64,000 nucleotides of DNA, taken from contig CAVXJS010000011.1 in NCBI GenBank assembly GCA_963762145.1, positions 416,001-480,000 of the forward strand, written 5' to 3'. A program made the translations under genes and the position numbers. Of this stretch, positions 39,929-52,016 are shown piece after piece (position 1 is the first letter of the stretch; the number at the start of each line of letters is the position of its first letter). Origin of the DNA: an uncultured Candidatus Rokubacteria bacterium. Lineage in GTDB: Bacteria; Methylomirabilota; Methylomirabilia; Rokubacteriales; CSP1-6. The notes under the pieces were generated by a model. It saw only the letters and a list, made by a program, of their open reading frames with translations, searched no databases and was not told the DNA's origin.

Positions 39929-40765
39929 ATGGATCTCGGAATCTGCATGTTCGCCACCGACTATTCGATCCGGACCGACGAGCTGGCCCGCGCGGCCGAG
40001 GAGCGCGGCTTCGAGTCGCTGTTCGTGCCGGAGCACACCCACATCCCCACCAGCCGGCGCACGCCGTTCCCCGGCGGCGAGCCGCTCCCGAAGGAGTACT
40101 CGCACACGTTCGATCCCTTCATCTCGCTGATGGCGGCGGCCGCGGTCACCAAGCGCCTGAAGATCGGCACCGGGATCTGCCTGATCATCGAGCGCGACAC
40201 GATCACCACCGCGAAGGAGGTGGCGAGCCTCGACCAGCTCTCGGGCGGGCGCTTCCTCTTCGGGATCGGCGCGGGGTGGAACCAGGACGAGATGGAGAAC
40301 CACGGCACCGAGTACAAGAGCCGCTTCCATCGGATGCGCGAGCAGGTGCTGGCCATGAAGGAGATCTGGACCAAGGACGAGGCGCAGTTCCACGGCCAGC
40401 ACGTGAACTTCGATCCCATCTGGTCCTGGCCCAAGCCCGCCCAGCGGCCCCATCCGCCGGTGCTGCTGGGTGGGGAGAGCGGCCACACGCTGCAGCGGGT
40501 GGTGGACTTCTGCGAGGGCTGGTTCCCGCGTGGCCGCGCGGGGGACGTGATCCTGGCCGGGCTCAAGGACCTGAAGGCCCGGGCTGCGCGCGCCGGGCGC
40601 GACATGAAGACGATCTCGGTCTCGGTCTTCGGCGCGAAGCCCGACGAGGCGACGCTCGAGACCTACGCGGGCGCGGGTATCAACCGGTCCATCCTGCGCC
40701 TGCCGTCCGATGGGCGCGACGTGATTCTTCCGCTGCTCGACCAGTACGCGAAGCTGATCCGCTGA
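39929..40765 (+). CDS. LLM-class (putatively F420-dependent) oxidoreductase
   Basis: PEHTHIP, DPF, SGGRF..GIGAGWN and PKPAQ motifs; RBS AAGGAGG. Confidence 0.88.
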   Translation: MDLGICMFATDYSIRTDELARAAEERGFESLFVPEHTHIPTSRRTPFPGGEPLPKEYSHTFDPFISLMAAAAVTKRLKIGTGICLIIERDTITTAKEVASLDQLSGGRFLFGIGAGWNQDEMENHGTEYKSRFHRMREQVLAMKEIWTKDEAQFHGQHVNFDPIWSWPKPAQRPHPPVLLGGESGHTLQRVVDFCEGWFPRGRAGDVILAGLKDLKARAARAGRDMKTISVSVFGAKPDEATLETYAGAGINRSILRLPSDGRDVILPLLDQYAKLIR

Positions 40766-40779
40766 GAGCAGGAACAAGA

Positions 40780-40815
40780 CGGGCCCGGCGGCCGATCTTC
40801 CGGCCGCCGGGCCCG
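40780..40815. terminator. Hairpin between the convergent LLM and sigma genes
   Basis: CGGGCCCGGCGGCCG-ATCTTC-CGGCCGCCGGGCCCG long perfect stem. Confidence 0.65.
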
Positions 40816-40833
40816 ATGTCGTCCTGGCCCGAG

Positions 40834-42360
<1,527 letters not shown>

Positions 42361-42617
42361 TACGGCCTCTCGTGTTCGTCGGGATGTGTCGGTATTTATT
42401 TCCGGCCCGATTCTCCGTGGTCCACGCCTCGCTGTTTAGACGCCGATTCCGGTGCGGAGGTTTCAGAGAACGTTGGCGCTCCGTGAAGCTCATCCGAGGG
42501 AACCCGTCAACTGCGCGCTGTGTTCCGCGCACCCCGGCATCGGAGCAATGACGTACGCCGCCAGCGCAGTATTCAGCCCGGTGGCCGGTTCTCGGAAAGG
42601 GACGCTACCGCGGGGGC

Positions 42618-43229
42618 TTAGTTGGCCTTGTTGAGGGCGAGGTCGAACCAGGCCAGCACGTATTCCTTCATGGGGACCACCAGCCAGGATCGAAGCAGGG
42701 GGATCCCGTAGTCGCCGGGCCGGATCCGGTCCTCGCCCCGGACCCACAGGGCACCCTGCCGGAGGCGGATGCGCCCGAGGAAGCTCACGGGTCGCTCGGT
42801 GCCTCGCATGAAGAGCACCCCGTGGAGGGCCAGCAGCACGTCGGTGTTCTCGCTCAGCGACGCGAACGAGCTCTCGACCTTGTCGATCCGGAACCGGATC
42901 TCGGGATGGGGCTCGCCATCGAGCGCCCGCCGGAGATCCTTGTCCCGGCCCGTCTTTCCGGTCCGAAGACTGGCGACCGGTGCGGCCAGGGAGCCCTTGA
43001 TGGGCTTCTTGAGGTCCTCGATGTCCACCTCGACTTCGCCGCTGGGGACCTCGCTCGCGCCGGTGAAGTTCCCGAAGGGGTGGAAGGCGTCGAAACCCAC
43101 ACGGCTCTTGCCGCTTTCCACCACCCAGCGTCCGGTCTCGGCGAGGGCCGGTCCGGTGGGGGAGAAAGCAAGGAGCACGAGGGTGAGCGATAGGACGGCA
43201 CGTCGTGCGGGCACAGGGTGGGATACCAT
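42618..43229 (-). CDS. YceI-family periplasmic protein
   Basis: Signal peptide, SRVGF, SLRTG..GRDKDL and HPEIRF motifs. Confidence 0.8.
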   Translation of the reverse strand: MVSHPVPARRAVLSLTLVLLAFSPTGPALAETGRWVVESGKSRVGFDAFHPFGNFTGASEVPSGEVEVDIEDLKKPIKGSLAAPVASLRTGKTGRDKDLRRALDGEPHPEIRFRIDKVESSFASLSENTDVLLALHGVLFMRGTERPVSFLGRIRLRQGALWVRGEDRIRPGDYGIPLLRSWLVVPMKEYVLAWFDLALNKAN

Positions 43230-43323
43230 GGGCGCTACGAGCGGGTCAACATTGGCGGGAAAATTGTTGACACCGCCGGAGGGGCAGTCTTACCGTCTAA
43301 ACGCCCGCCATGACGAACGATTG

Positions 43324-44760
43324 ATGGCCGTAGCCCCCAGCGCCTCCTACAGCTTCACGGTTCGCCTCGAGATCCGGAACAAGCCCGGCATGCTGGGCCG
43401 CGTCACCTCGGTCATCGGCAAGGCCGGCGGGGATATCGGCGCCGTCGACCTGGTCGAGATGAGCGGGGAGCGGGTGCTCCGCGACATCACGATCAAGGCC
43501 CGGGACAGCCGGCATGCGCACGACATCATCGATCGCCTCAGGGCCACGACCGGGGTGCGCATCGCCAACATCTCCGATCGCACCTTCCTCATGCATCTGG
43601 GCGGCAAGATCGAGATCCACAGCAAGGTGCCGATCCGGACCCGCGACGACCTCAGCATGGCCTACACCCCGGGGGTGGCGCGGGTCTGCCTCGCGATCAA
43701 GGACGACCCGAGCCGGGCCTTCACCCTGACCATCAAGCAGAATGCGGTGGCGGTGGTGACCGACGGGACCGCGGTCCTGGGGCTGGGCGACATCGGGCCC
43801 GAGGCCGCCATGCCGGTCATGGAGGGCAAGGCCATGCTCTTCAAGGAGCTGGCCGGGGTGGACGCCTTCCCGATCCCGCTCGACACCAAGGACCCCGGCA
43901 AGATCGTGGAGACCGTGAAGATGATCGCCCCCGCGTTCGGGGGGATCAACCTGGAGGACATCTCGGCCCCGCGCTGCTTCGAGATCGAGGAGCGGCTGCG
44001 CAAGGAGCTGGACATCCCGGTCTTCCACGACGATCAGCACGGCACCGCGGTGGTGGTGCTGGCCGCGCTGTTCAACGCGCTCAAGATCGTCAAGAAGGAC
44101 ATTCGCCGGATCAAGGTGGTCGTCTCCGGGGTGGGTGCCGCCGGGACGGCCACGATCAAGATCCTGCTCGCCCTCGGGGCCCGGAACATCATCGGGGTGG
44201 ACGAGCACGGCACGATTCACCGGGGCCGTCCCGTCGGCATGGACTTCATGAAGACGTGGGTGGCCTCGGCGACCAATCCCGGCAACGTCAAGGGCCGGAT
44301 GTCCGACGCGATCCGGGGGGCGGACGTGTTCATCGGCCTGTCGGTGCCGCGGGTGCTCACGGTGCGGGACGTCAAGAGCATGGCCCGCGACCGCATCGTC
44401 TTCGCGATGGCGAACCCGGTGCCCGAGATCCAGCCCGAGGAAGCCGAGCGCCACGTGCGCGTGATGGCCACCGGCCGCTCCGACTACCCGAACCAGATCA
44501 ACAACGTGCTCTGCTTCCCCGGGTTCTTTCGCGGGCTGCTCGATTCCCGTGCGCGCGTGGTGAACGACGAGATGAAGATCGCGGCGGCCCACGCCATCGC
44601 CTCCTGCGTGGGCCGCCGGGAGCTGGGCCCCGAGTACATCATCCCCAGCGTCTTCAACAAGCAGGTGGCCCCCGCGGTCGCCCGCGAGGTGGCGAAGGCG
44701 GCCCAGAAGACGGGCGTGGCCCGGCGCCGCCGCCGCGCCGATGCGCCCGACTGGGTGTAG
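43324..44760 (+). CDS. NAD(P)-dependent malic enzyme with N-terminal ACT domain
   Basis: ACT (NKPGMLGRV), AYTPGVA, PVMEGK, INLEDI, HDDQHGT, GVGAAG and YPNQINN motifs. Confidence 0.93.
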   Translation: MAVAPSASYSFTVRLEIRNKPGMLGRVTSVIGKAGGDIGAVDLVEMSGERVLRDITIKARDSRHAHDIIDRLRATTGVRIANISDRTFLMHLGGKIEIHSKVPIRTRDDLSMAYTPGVARVCLAIKDDPSRAFTLTIKQNAVAVVTDGTAVLGLGDIGPEAAMPVMEGKAMLFKELAGVDAFPIPLDTKDPGKIVETVKMIAPAFGGINLEDISAPRCFEIEERLRKELDIPVFHDDQHGTAVVVLAALFNALKIVKKDIRRIKVVVSGVGAAGTATIKILLALGARNIIGVDEHGTIHRGRPVGMDFMKTWVASATNPGNVKGRMSDAIRGADVFIGLSVPRVLTVRDVKSMARDRIVFAMANPVPEIQPEEAERHVRVMATGRSDYPNQINNVLCFPGFFRGLLDSRARVVNDEMKIAAAHAIASCVGRRELGPEYIIPSVFNKQVAPAVAREVAKAAQKTGVARRRRRADAPDWV

Positions 44761-44769
44761 GACGCGCCG

Positions 44770-45514
44770 ATGAGTGGCCGGCCGCACTGGTCGGTGATCA
44801 TCCCCGCCTACAACGAGGCGGCCCGGCTGCCCTCCTATCTCAAGGAGATCCAGGCCTACTTCGAGGGGCGCGATGAGGCCTACGAGGTCATCGTGGTGGA
44901 CGACGGCAGCCGGGACGGGACCGCAGATCGGGTTCGCGAGGTGGCGGCCGGGCGGTCCGGCGTCACGGTGCACGCGGTCGACCGGAACCGGGGCAAGGGC
45001 CACGCGGTCCGCGCGGGGATGGCGCGGGCCGTCGGCGAGCTCCGCCTGATGGCGGACGCGGACGGGGCCACGCCGATCGCGGAGGTCGCGCGGCTCGAAG
45101 CGGCGGTGGCCGCGGGCGCCGATCTCGCGGTCGGCTCGCGCGTGCTCGAGGACCCCGCGGTCATCCGCGAGGTCCGGACGCATCGCCAGCTCTCCGGCCA
45201 CGTCTTCAACTTCCTGCTGCGCCGCCTCGGGGTCGCGCCGGTGCTGGACACCCAGTGCGGCTTCAAGCTCTTCCGCGGGGCGGTGGCCGAGCGCGCTCTT
45301 CCCGCACGTCACGACGGACGGCTTCGGCTTCGACGTCGAGCTGCTGATGCTCGCCCGGCGCCGCGGCTTCCGGATCACGGAGGTGGCGGTCAACTGGGCC
45401 GATCAGCCCGGCTCCAAGGTCCACGTGCTGCGCGAGGGCCCGCGCATGCTCCTCGAGGTGCTGGCGGCGCGCCGCCGCCTCGCCGCGCACCACCCCGGAG
45501 GGCGGCGGGGATGA
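44770..45514 (+). CDS. GT2 polyprenyl-phosphate glycosyltransferase; frameshift near 45300
   Basis: IIPAYNE, VVDDGS, GKG, DADG, DTQCGFKLF and GFDVE motifs. Confidence 0.88.
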
Positions 45515-46655
45515 TCGCGCGGCGCGCGCAGGAGATCGAGCCGTTCCTGGCCGTCGAGGTCTTCCAGCGCGCTCAGGCCCTCGAGCGGCAGGGCGTCGAC
45601 GTCATCCACCTGGAGTTCGGCGAGCCGGACTTCGACACCCCGGCGGTCATCCGCGAGGCGGCCGAGAAGGCGCTCAAGGACGGACGCACCCGCTACGCGC
45701 ACCCGCTCGGGATCCTGCCGCTGCGCGAGGCGATCGCGGAGCACTACCACACTCGCTACGGGGTGACGGTGTCGCCCGATCAGATCCTGGTGACCGCGGG
45801 CACGTCGCCCGCGATGCTGCTCCTGTTCAGCGCGCTGCTCGATCCGGGCGACGAGGTGATCCTCTCCGACCCCTACTACGCCTGCTACCCGAAGTTCGTG
45901 AAGTTCTCGGGCGGCGTGCCGGTCTACGTGCCGGTCGAGGAGTCGGACGCCTTCCAGTTCCGTCCGGAGGCGGTGGCGGCCCGCGTCACGCCGCGGACCA
46001 AGGGGCTGCTCGTGAACTCGCCCGCCAACCCGACCGGCACCGTGCTGAGCCGCGAGCGGCTCGCCGCCCTCTGCCGCCTCGGGCCCTGGGTGATCTCGGA
46101 CGAGATCTACCACGGCCTCACCTACGAGGGCCCGGAGCACACCGTGCTCGAGTTCACCGACCACGCGTTCGTGCTGAACGGCTTCTCCAAGGCCTTCGCG
46201 ATGACCGGCTGGCGCGTCGGCTACGTGATCGCCCCCCGGGAGCTCATGCCCGCGCTGACCGCCATGCACGGCAACTTCTTCATCTCGACCAACGAGTTCG
46301 TGCAGTGGGCCGCGGTCGCCGCCCTCCGCGAGGCGGCGGACGAGACGCGCGCGGTTCCGGCGCATCTTCGACGAGCGGCGCCGGGTGATGGTGGACGGTC
46401 TGCGGCGCATCGGGCTCGGCGTGGGCGCGCCGCCCACCGGCGCCTTCTACGTCCTGGCCAACGCCCGTCGCTTCACGAGCGACTCGCTCGCGTTCGCCTT
46501 CGAGATCCTCGATCGTGCCCACGTGGGGGTCACGCCCGGGGTGGACTTCGGGCGCAACGCGGAAGGGTACCTCCGGTTCTCGTACGCCCAGTCGGTCGAG
46601 CGGATCCAGGAAGCGCTGCGTCCGCCTCGGCCGCTTCCTCTCCGAGCGCGGATGA
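45511..46655 (+). CDS. Class I PLP aminotransferase; frameshifts
   Basis: GEPDFDTP, NSPANPTG, SDEIY, SKAFAMTGWRVG and GAFY motifs. Confidence 0.9.
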
Positions 46656-47073
46656 CCGCCGAGCCGTGCGTGATGTGCGACAAGTACGGCCGGAGCGACG
46701 GCCCGCTCCACGTCGCCGACCTGACCCTCTCGCGCGTGTTCCTGCACGAGGACCAGTTCTTCCCCGGCTACGTGCTCCTGGTGCTGCGCCGCCACGTCAC
46801 CGAGCTCTACGACCTGCCCGAGCCGGAGCGCGCGGCGCTGATGGAGGAGGTGAGCCGGGTGGCGCAGGCGCTCGCCCGGAGCTTCCGCCCGTCAAGATGA
46901 ACTACGAGCTGCTCGGCAACCTGGTGCCGCACATCCACTGGCACCTGGTGCCGCGCCTGGCGAGCGATCCCGCGCTCCGCTCGCCGATCTGGACCGTCGA
47001 GCACGAGGCGGCGCCCCTCGCGCCCGCCGCGGCCCGCGAGCGGATCGAGCTGATACGCCGGGCCCTCGTCTGA
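46652..47073 (+). CDS. HIT-family protein; frameshift near 46890
   Basis: CVMC and GNLVPHIHWHLVPR (HxHxH) motifs. Confidence 0.88.
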
Positions 47074-47092
47074 CCGTCATGGGGGCTTCGTC

Positions 47093-49298
47093 ATGACCGG
47101 CCGCCACGGGCTCGCGCTGGCGGGCCTGCTGATCGGGCTGGCCGCGATCATGGCGGTCTGGCTCGGCCATCGATCGCCGCCCGCCCGAGTGGGATCACGC
47201 CAACCATCTCGAGCGCGCGCCTCTCCTGTCATCGGAGCCTCGGCGAGTCCGCAGGGTGACTGGCTGCAGGAGATCATCACCGAGTCGAGCTTCTACCCGC
47301 CGATCGTGACGTGCACGGCCGGGCTGCTCTACTTCGTCTTTCCGGTCGTTCCGCCTGACCGTCCAGGCGGTGGTCTGGGCCTTCCTCGTCATGGGCACGC
47401 TCGCCGTGTACGGCCTGGGCCGGCGGCTCCTCGACGCCGACGCCGGCCTGCTCGCGGCCTTCCTCTTCGCCACCGCGCCCTTCGTCGTGTTCATGCTGCT
47501 GAACTTCCAGCTCGACCTGCCGCTGGCCGCCATGGTGGCTCTGGCGCTGTACGCCCTGGTGCGAACCGAGGATCTGATGGTTCGGCCGGTGGGTGCTCGG
47601 GCTCGGTCTGGTGCTCGGCCTGGGCATGCTCACCAAGCCGCCCTTCGCGGCCTATCTCTCTGGCGCCGCTCCTCTGGATGGCCTGGCGGGCCGTGCGGGC
47701 ACCGGATCGTCGCGCGCGGCTGCTCCACCTGCTCGCCGCGGTCGGTGTGGCGGCAGCGGTCGCGCTGCCGTGGTACGGGCCGCGCCTCGTCGGGCTGCCA
47801 GGCCCAGTTCATCAACCGCTCGTTCAAGCAGGCGGCGGAAGCGGGGCAGGCACCGGCGCTCACCGGCGCCTCGCTGATGTTCTATCCGGAGTGGATCGTT
47901 CCTCAGTGGGGCTGCTGGCGACGGCGCTCTTGCTGTGGGGGATCGTCGCGCTCGCGCGTCGGCCACGGGCCCGTGGGCTCCTGTGGGCCGCGCTGGCGCC
48001 GTTCGTGATCTTCGCCCTGATCCAGAACAAGAACCTGCGCTACACGCTGCCGCTCCTGCCTGCGGCGGCGCTGGCGGCGGCGGCCGGGGTGGCCGTGCTG
48101 CCCCCGCGGATGAGGCGGGGCGTCGCCTGGGCCTGCGCGATCGTGGGCGTCGCGCAGGTGAGCTCGGCGGCCTTCGCGCTGCCGCCTTCCACCCTGCTGG
48201 CGCCGGTCGTCCCTTCGGTGCGCGTTCTCCCGCCGCCCGATGCGGCTGACTGGCGTCACCGGGAGATCCTCGAGGCCATCCAGCGTGCGTCGGGGCCCGG
48301 CGGAACGCGGGTGGCGGTGGTGCCCAACGACAACTACTTCTCGATCTCCAACTTTCGTTACGACGTGAGGCGCGATCGGCTGCCGTTCCGCCTGAGCCGC
48401 GCGTGGGACCAATCTCCGCTCGGCGTGGACTTCGCGATCGTGAAGACGGGGGACCAGGGGCCCGACGCGGCGTCGGCCAAGCCCGACCGGATCATGGCCG
48501 CGCTGGAAGGCGGCGATCCGTGGCTCGACGCGGCGTACCCGGTGATCTTGCGCGTGCCGCTCCCCGACGGCAGCGAGGGCATGGTGCGGAAGCGGCGCCT
48601 CGAGCCGGTCCGCGATGCTGGCGCCCGCGGAGCTCGCGGAGCGGCTGCGGCGCGGCGTGGCCGGGCTGCTCGCCGACCTGGTCCGCGACGCCCAGGGCTT
48701 TCGCATCGCGCTCGACTATCGCGACGACGCCCTGCTGGCCGGATCGGTGGCCGCGGTGACGGTGGAGGCCCAGTCGGCCCTCGTCGGCGAGTTCGTGCGA
48801 CGCAAGCCGCCCCTGCGCATCGGTCCGGTGCGTCTGCGCCTCCGCGAGGTCGTGGTGAATCCGGGGCGGCTCGCGGCCACCGGCGGCGTCGAGCTCCTCG
48901 ACGTCGGCTCTCTCCACGTGGAGCGGCTCGGCATCGCAGAGTCGGATCTGGCCGAGTTCATCGCTCAGCAGCGCGGCCTTGGCGGGCTGCGCGCCACCAT
49001 GGATGACGGATGGATCCAGGCCCGCTGGGCGCTGCCCGGCCCCGAGCTCTCCGCTCGGCTGGGGCTGGCGGCCGGCTCGCCGCCCGATCCGCTCACCCTG
49101 CTCGCGGCGGACGTCCGCTACGGCGGGGTGCGCCTGCCGCGGCTCCTGGTGAACTGGATCCTGAGAAACTTCGACCCGACCCCGCGCCTGCGCCGGCTCC
49201 CGATGCCGGTGTCGATGGCACCGATTCGTATCGAGCGGGGGCGGCTCGAGGTCGGCGCGGACCCCGCGCCCACCGCCGCGACAAAGGAGTCACGCTGA
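47093..49298 (+). CDS. ArnT/PMT-like (GT-C) membrane glycosyltransferase with a C-terminal soluble domain; many frameshifts
   Basis: WDHANH, FYPP, FQLDLPLAA, GMLTK, LPWY and NKNLRY motifs; many TM segments. Confidence 0.7.
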
Positions 49299-50005
49299 TG
49301 GCCGAGAGTCTGGCGCAGAAGAAGGCCCGGGCGGGCAAGATCTTGACGCGGCTGGCGAAGGCCTACCCGGACGCGCGCACCGCGCTCGACTTCACCACGC
49401 CGCTCGACCTGCTGGTCGCGACGATCCTGTCCGCGCAGTGCACCGACGAGCGCGTCAACGCGGTCACCGCCGGGCTCTTCCCGCGGTACCGTCAGGCCTC
49501 GGACTGGGCGGCGGTGCCGCTGCCGCTGCTCGAGCGCGAGATCCATTCGACCGGCTTCTTCCGGGCCAAGGCCAAGTCGCTCAACGGCATGGCCCGTGCG
49601 CTGGTCGAGCGGCACGCGGGGGAGGTGCCCCGGACCCTGGAGGACCTGGTGGAGCTGCCTGGAGTCGGCCGAAAGACCGCCAACGTGGTGCTGGGTAACG
49701 CCTTTGGCATCCCGGCGCTGGCGGTGGACACCCACGTGTTCAGGGTCTCGCAGCGCCTGGGGCTGGCCCGGGGCGACGACCCGGAGGAGATCCACGACCA
49801 GCTCTGCCAGATCCTGCCGCGTCCTCGCTGGACGCAGGCCAGCCACCTGCTCATCCTCCACGGGCGGCGCGTCTGCGCGGCCCGCAAGCCGGCCTGCCCG
49901 ACCTGTCCCGTCCTGGCCCTTTGCCCGTGGACGGGCAAGACCAAGGCCGCGGGGACCTCCGCCCGCCGGGACGGACCGCGGTCCGCCCGGAGGCGGGCAG
50001 GGTAG
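49298..50005 (+). CDS. nth: Endonuclease III
   Basis: LSAQCTD, LPGVGRKTANVV, VDTHV and CxxxxxxCxxCxxxxxC motifs. Confidence 0.95.
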   Translation: MAESLAQKKARAGKILTRLAKAYPDARTALDFTTPLDLLVATILSAQCTDERVNAVTAGLFPRYRQASDWAAVPLPLLEREIHSTGFFRAKAKSLNGMARALVERHAGEVPRTLEDLVELPGVGRKTANVVLGNAFGIPALAVDTHVFRVSQRLGLARGDDPEEIHDQLCQILPRPRWTQASHLLILHGRRVCAARKPACPTCPVLALCPWTGKTKAAGTSARRDGPRSARRRAG

Positions 50006-50034
50006 TTGACCGCACCGGGTCTTTCTTTTATGAT
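50006..50034 (+). promoter_or_regulatory. Sigma70 promoter of the rplM operon
   Basis: TTGACC-N17-TATGAT. Confidence 0.75.
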
Positions 50035-50096
50035 TACCCGTTGCCATTTACCGAAGTATTCGACGTGGCTGGGGGAGCCTTACCCGGACGGAGATC

Positions 50097-50540
50097 ATGA
50101 CGACGCTGATGCCGAAGGAAGAGGATGTGGAACGGAAGTGGTTCGTGGTCGATGCCCAGGACCGGGTGCTCGGCCGTCTCGCCACCCAGGTCGCGACGGT
50201 ACTGCGGGGCAAGCACAAGCCGCAGTTCTCTCCGCACCTCGATGTGGGCGATCACGTGGTGGTCATCAATGCCGAGAAAGTGCACCTCACCGGGCGCAAG
50301 CTGACCGACAAGATCTACCGCTGGCACAGCGGCTATATCGGGGGGCTGCGTGAGGTCAGCGCGGAGCGGATGCTCAAGACGCATCCGGAGCGCGTGATCG
50401 AGTGGGCGGTGCAGGGCATGCTGCCGAAAGGCCGCCTGGGCCGCGCGATGGCCAAGAAGCTGAAGGTCTACAAGGGGGCGGACCACCCGCACGCCGCCCA
50501 GAAGCCCGAGCCGCTCGCCCTGCGCGAGCGCGCCCGCTGA
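50097..50540 (+). CDS. rplM: 50S ribosomal protein L13
   Basis: WFVVDA, LGRLA, GKHKP and GMLPK motifs. Confidence 0.97.
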   Translation: MTTLMPKEEDVERKWFVVDAQDRVLGRLATQVATVLRGKHKPQFSPHLDVGDHVVVINAEKVHLTGRKLTDKIYRWHSGYIGGLREVSAERMLKTHPERVIEWAVQGMLPKGRLGRAMAKKLKVYKGADHPHAAQKPEPLALRERAR

Positions 50541-50548
50541 GGAGCCCC

Positions 50549-50944
50549 ATGGCCGTTGTCAGTCGCTTCTATGGAACCGGTCGCCGCAAGACCTCCGTCG
50601 CCCGCGTGTGGCTGCGGGCGGGCAGCGGCCGCATCCTGATCAATCGCCGCCCGTTCGAGGACTACTTTCCCCGCGAGACGCTGCGCATGGTCATCTCGCA
50701 GCCGCTCCAGCTCACCAACACGTTCGGCCAGTTCGACGCCATCGTGAACGTGGGCGGCGGGGGCCCGACCGGACAGGCGGGGGCGGTGCGCCACGGGATC
50801 GCGCGGGCGCTCCTGCAGTTCGACGACAAGCTGCGCCAGACCCTCAAGCGGGCCGGCCTCCTCACCCGCGATCCGCGGATGAAGGAGCGCAAGAAGTACG
50901 GCCAGCCGGGCGCGCGCTCCAAGTTCCAGTACTCGAAGCGGTAG
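50549..50944 (+). CDS. rpsI: 30S ribosomal protein S9
   Basis: [24 protein letters not shown] and QYSKR motifs. Confidence 0.97.
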   Translation: MAVVSRFYGTGRRKTSVARVWLRAGSGRILINRRPFEDYFPRETLRMVISQPLQLTNTFGQFDAIVNVGGGGPTGQAGAVRHGIARALLQFDDKLRQTLKRAGLLTRDPRMKERKKYGQPGARSKFQYSKR

Positions 50945-50961
50945 GCGTCCGCGAGGCCGCC

Positions 50962-52011
50962 ATGTTAAAGGTCGCGGTCACCGGGGCCAGCGGGTACATG
51001 GGGGCGGAGCTGCTCCGCCTCCTGTCCGTTCATCCCAAGGTGCAGATCAGCGCGGTCACCTCCGAGCGGCTGGCGGGGGAGCGCCTCGATCGCCTCTACC
51101 CGCATCTGCGCGGGCTCAGCGATCTCGTGTTCCAGGAGATCGATGGCGAGCGCCTGGCCGGCGAGGCCGACGTCGTCTTCCTCGCGCTGCCGCACATGGA
51201 GTCCCAGCGCCTGATGCCGACGCTGAGGCGTCACGGCAAGAAGGCGGTCGATCTCTCCGCCGACTACCGCTTGCGGGACGCCTCCCTGTACGTGACGTGG
51301 TACAAGGCGCCCCACGAGGACGCGAATGGCCTGGCCGAGGCGGTGTACGGCCTGCCCGAGCTGCACCGCAAGCAGGTCGCGGGCGCGTCCCTGGTGGCCT
51401 CGCCCGGCTGCTACCCGATGGGCGCGATCCTCGCCACCGCGCCGCTGCTCAAGAGCGGGCGCGGGAGCGTGGACGGCATCGTGATCGACGGCAAGTCCGG
51501 CGTGACCGGGGCGGGCGCCCAGGGTCGCAAGGCCGACGCGATGTACCTCTTCACCGAGGCGAACGAGAACGTGCAGGCCTACGGCATGGCCACCCACCGC
51601 CACACTCCGGAGATCGAGCAGGAGCTCTCGATGCTGGCGGGCCGGCCGGTGGTGGTGGCGTTCACGCCGCACCTGGTCCCCCTCAACCGCGGGCTCTTCA
51701 CCACCGCGTCGGTGCCGCTCACGAAGCCGGCCACGACCGCGGAGCTGGTCGCGCTGTACCAAGAGTTCTACGCGGGCGAGCCGTTCGTGCGCGTGCTCGA
51801 GGAGGGGCAGCGTCCCACGACCCGATCCGTCGTGGGCTCGAACTTCTGCGACGTGACGGTGGTCGCGGACCCTCGCACGAAGCGCGCGGTCTGCGTGTCG
51901 GCGCTCGACAACCTGGGCAAGGGCGGCTCCGCCAACGGCATCCAGAACCTCAACATCATGATGGGGTGGGACGAGCGGACGGGTCTCGACGCGCCTCCGG
52001 TGTATCCGTAG
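50962..52011 (+). CDS. argC: N-acetyl-gamma-glutamyl-phosphate reductase
   Basis: GASGYMG, DLSADYRL, PGCYP, SGVTGAG, HRHTPEI and DNLGKG motifs. Confidence 0.95.
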   Translation: MLKVAVTGASGYMGAELLRLLSVHPKVQISAVTSERLAGERLDRLYPHLRGLSDLVFQEIDGERLAGEADVVFLALPHMESQRLMPTLRRHGKKAVDLSADYRLRDASLYVTWYKAPHEDANGLAEAVYGLPELHRKQVAGASLVASPGCYPMGAILATAPLLKSGRGSVDGIVIDGKSGVTGAGAQGRKADAMYLFTEANENVQAYGMATHRHTPEIEQELSMLAGRPVVVAFTPHLVPLNRGLFTTASVPLTKPATTAELVALYQEFYAGEPFVRVLEEGQRPTTRSVVGSNFCDVTVVADPRTKRAVCVSALDNLGKGGSANGIQNLNIMMGWDERTGLDAPPVYP

Positions 52012-52016
52012 CCGGC

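Noticed and set aside
42361-42617. Possible ncRNA or tRNA-Sec in the sigma-yceI intergenic region
   Set aside because: No cloverleaf or recognisable riboswitch could be built; probably the sigma gene's promoter/leader.
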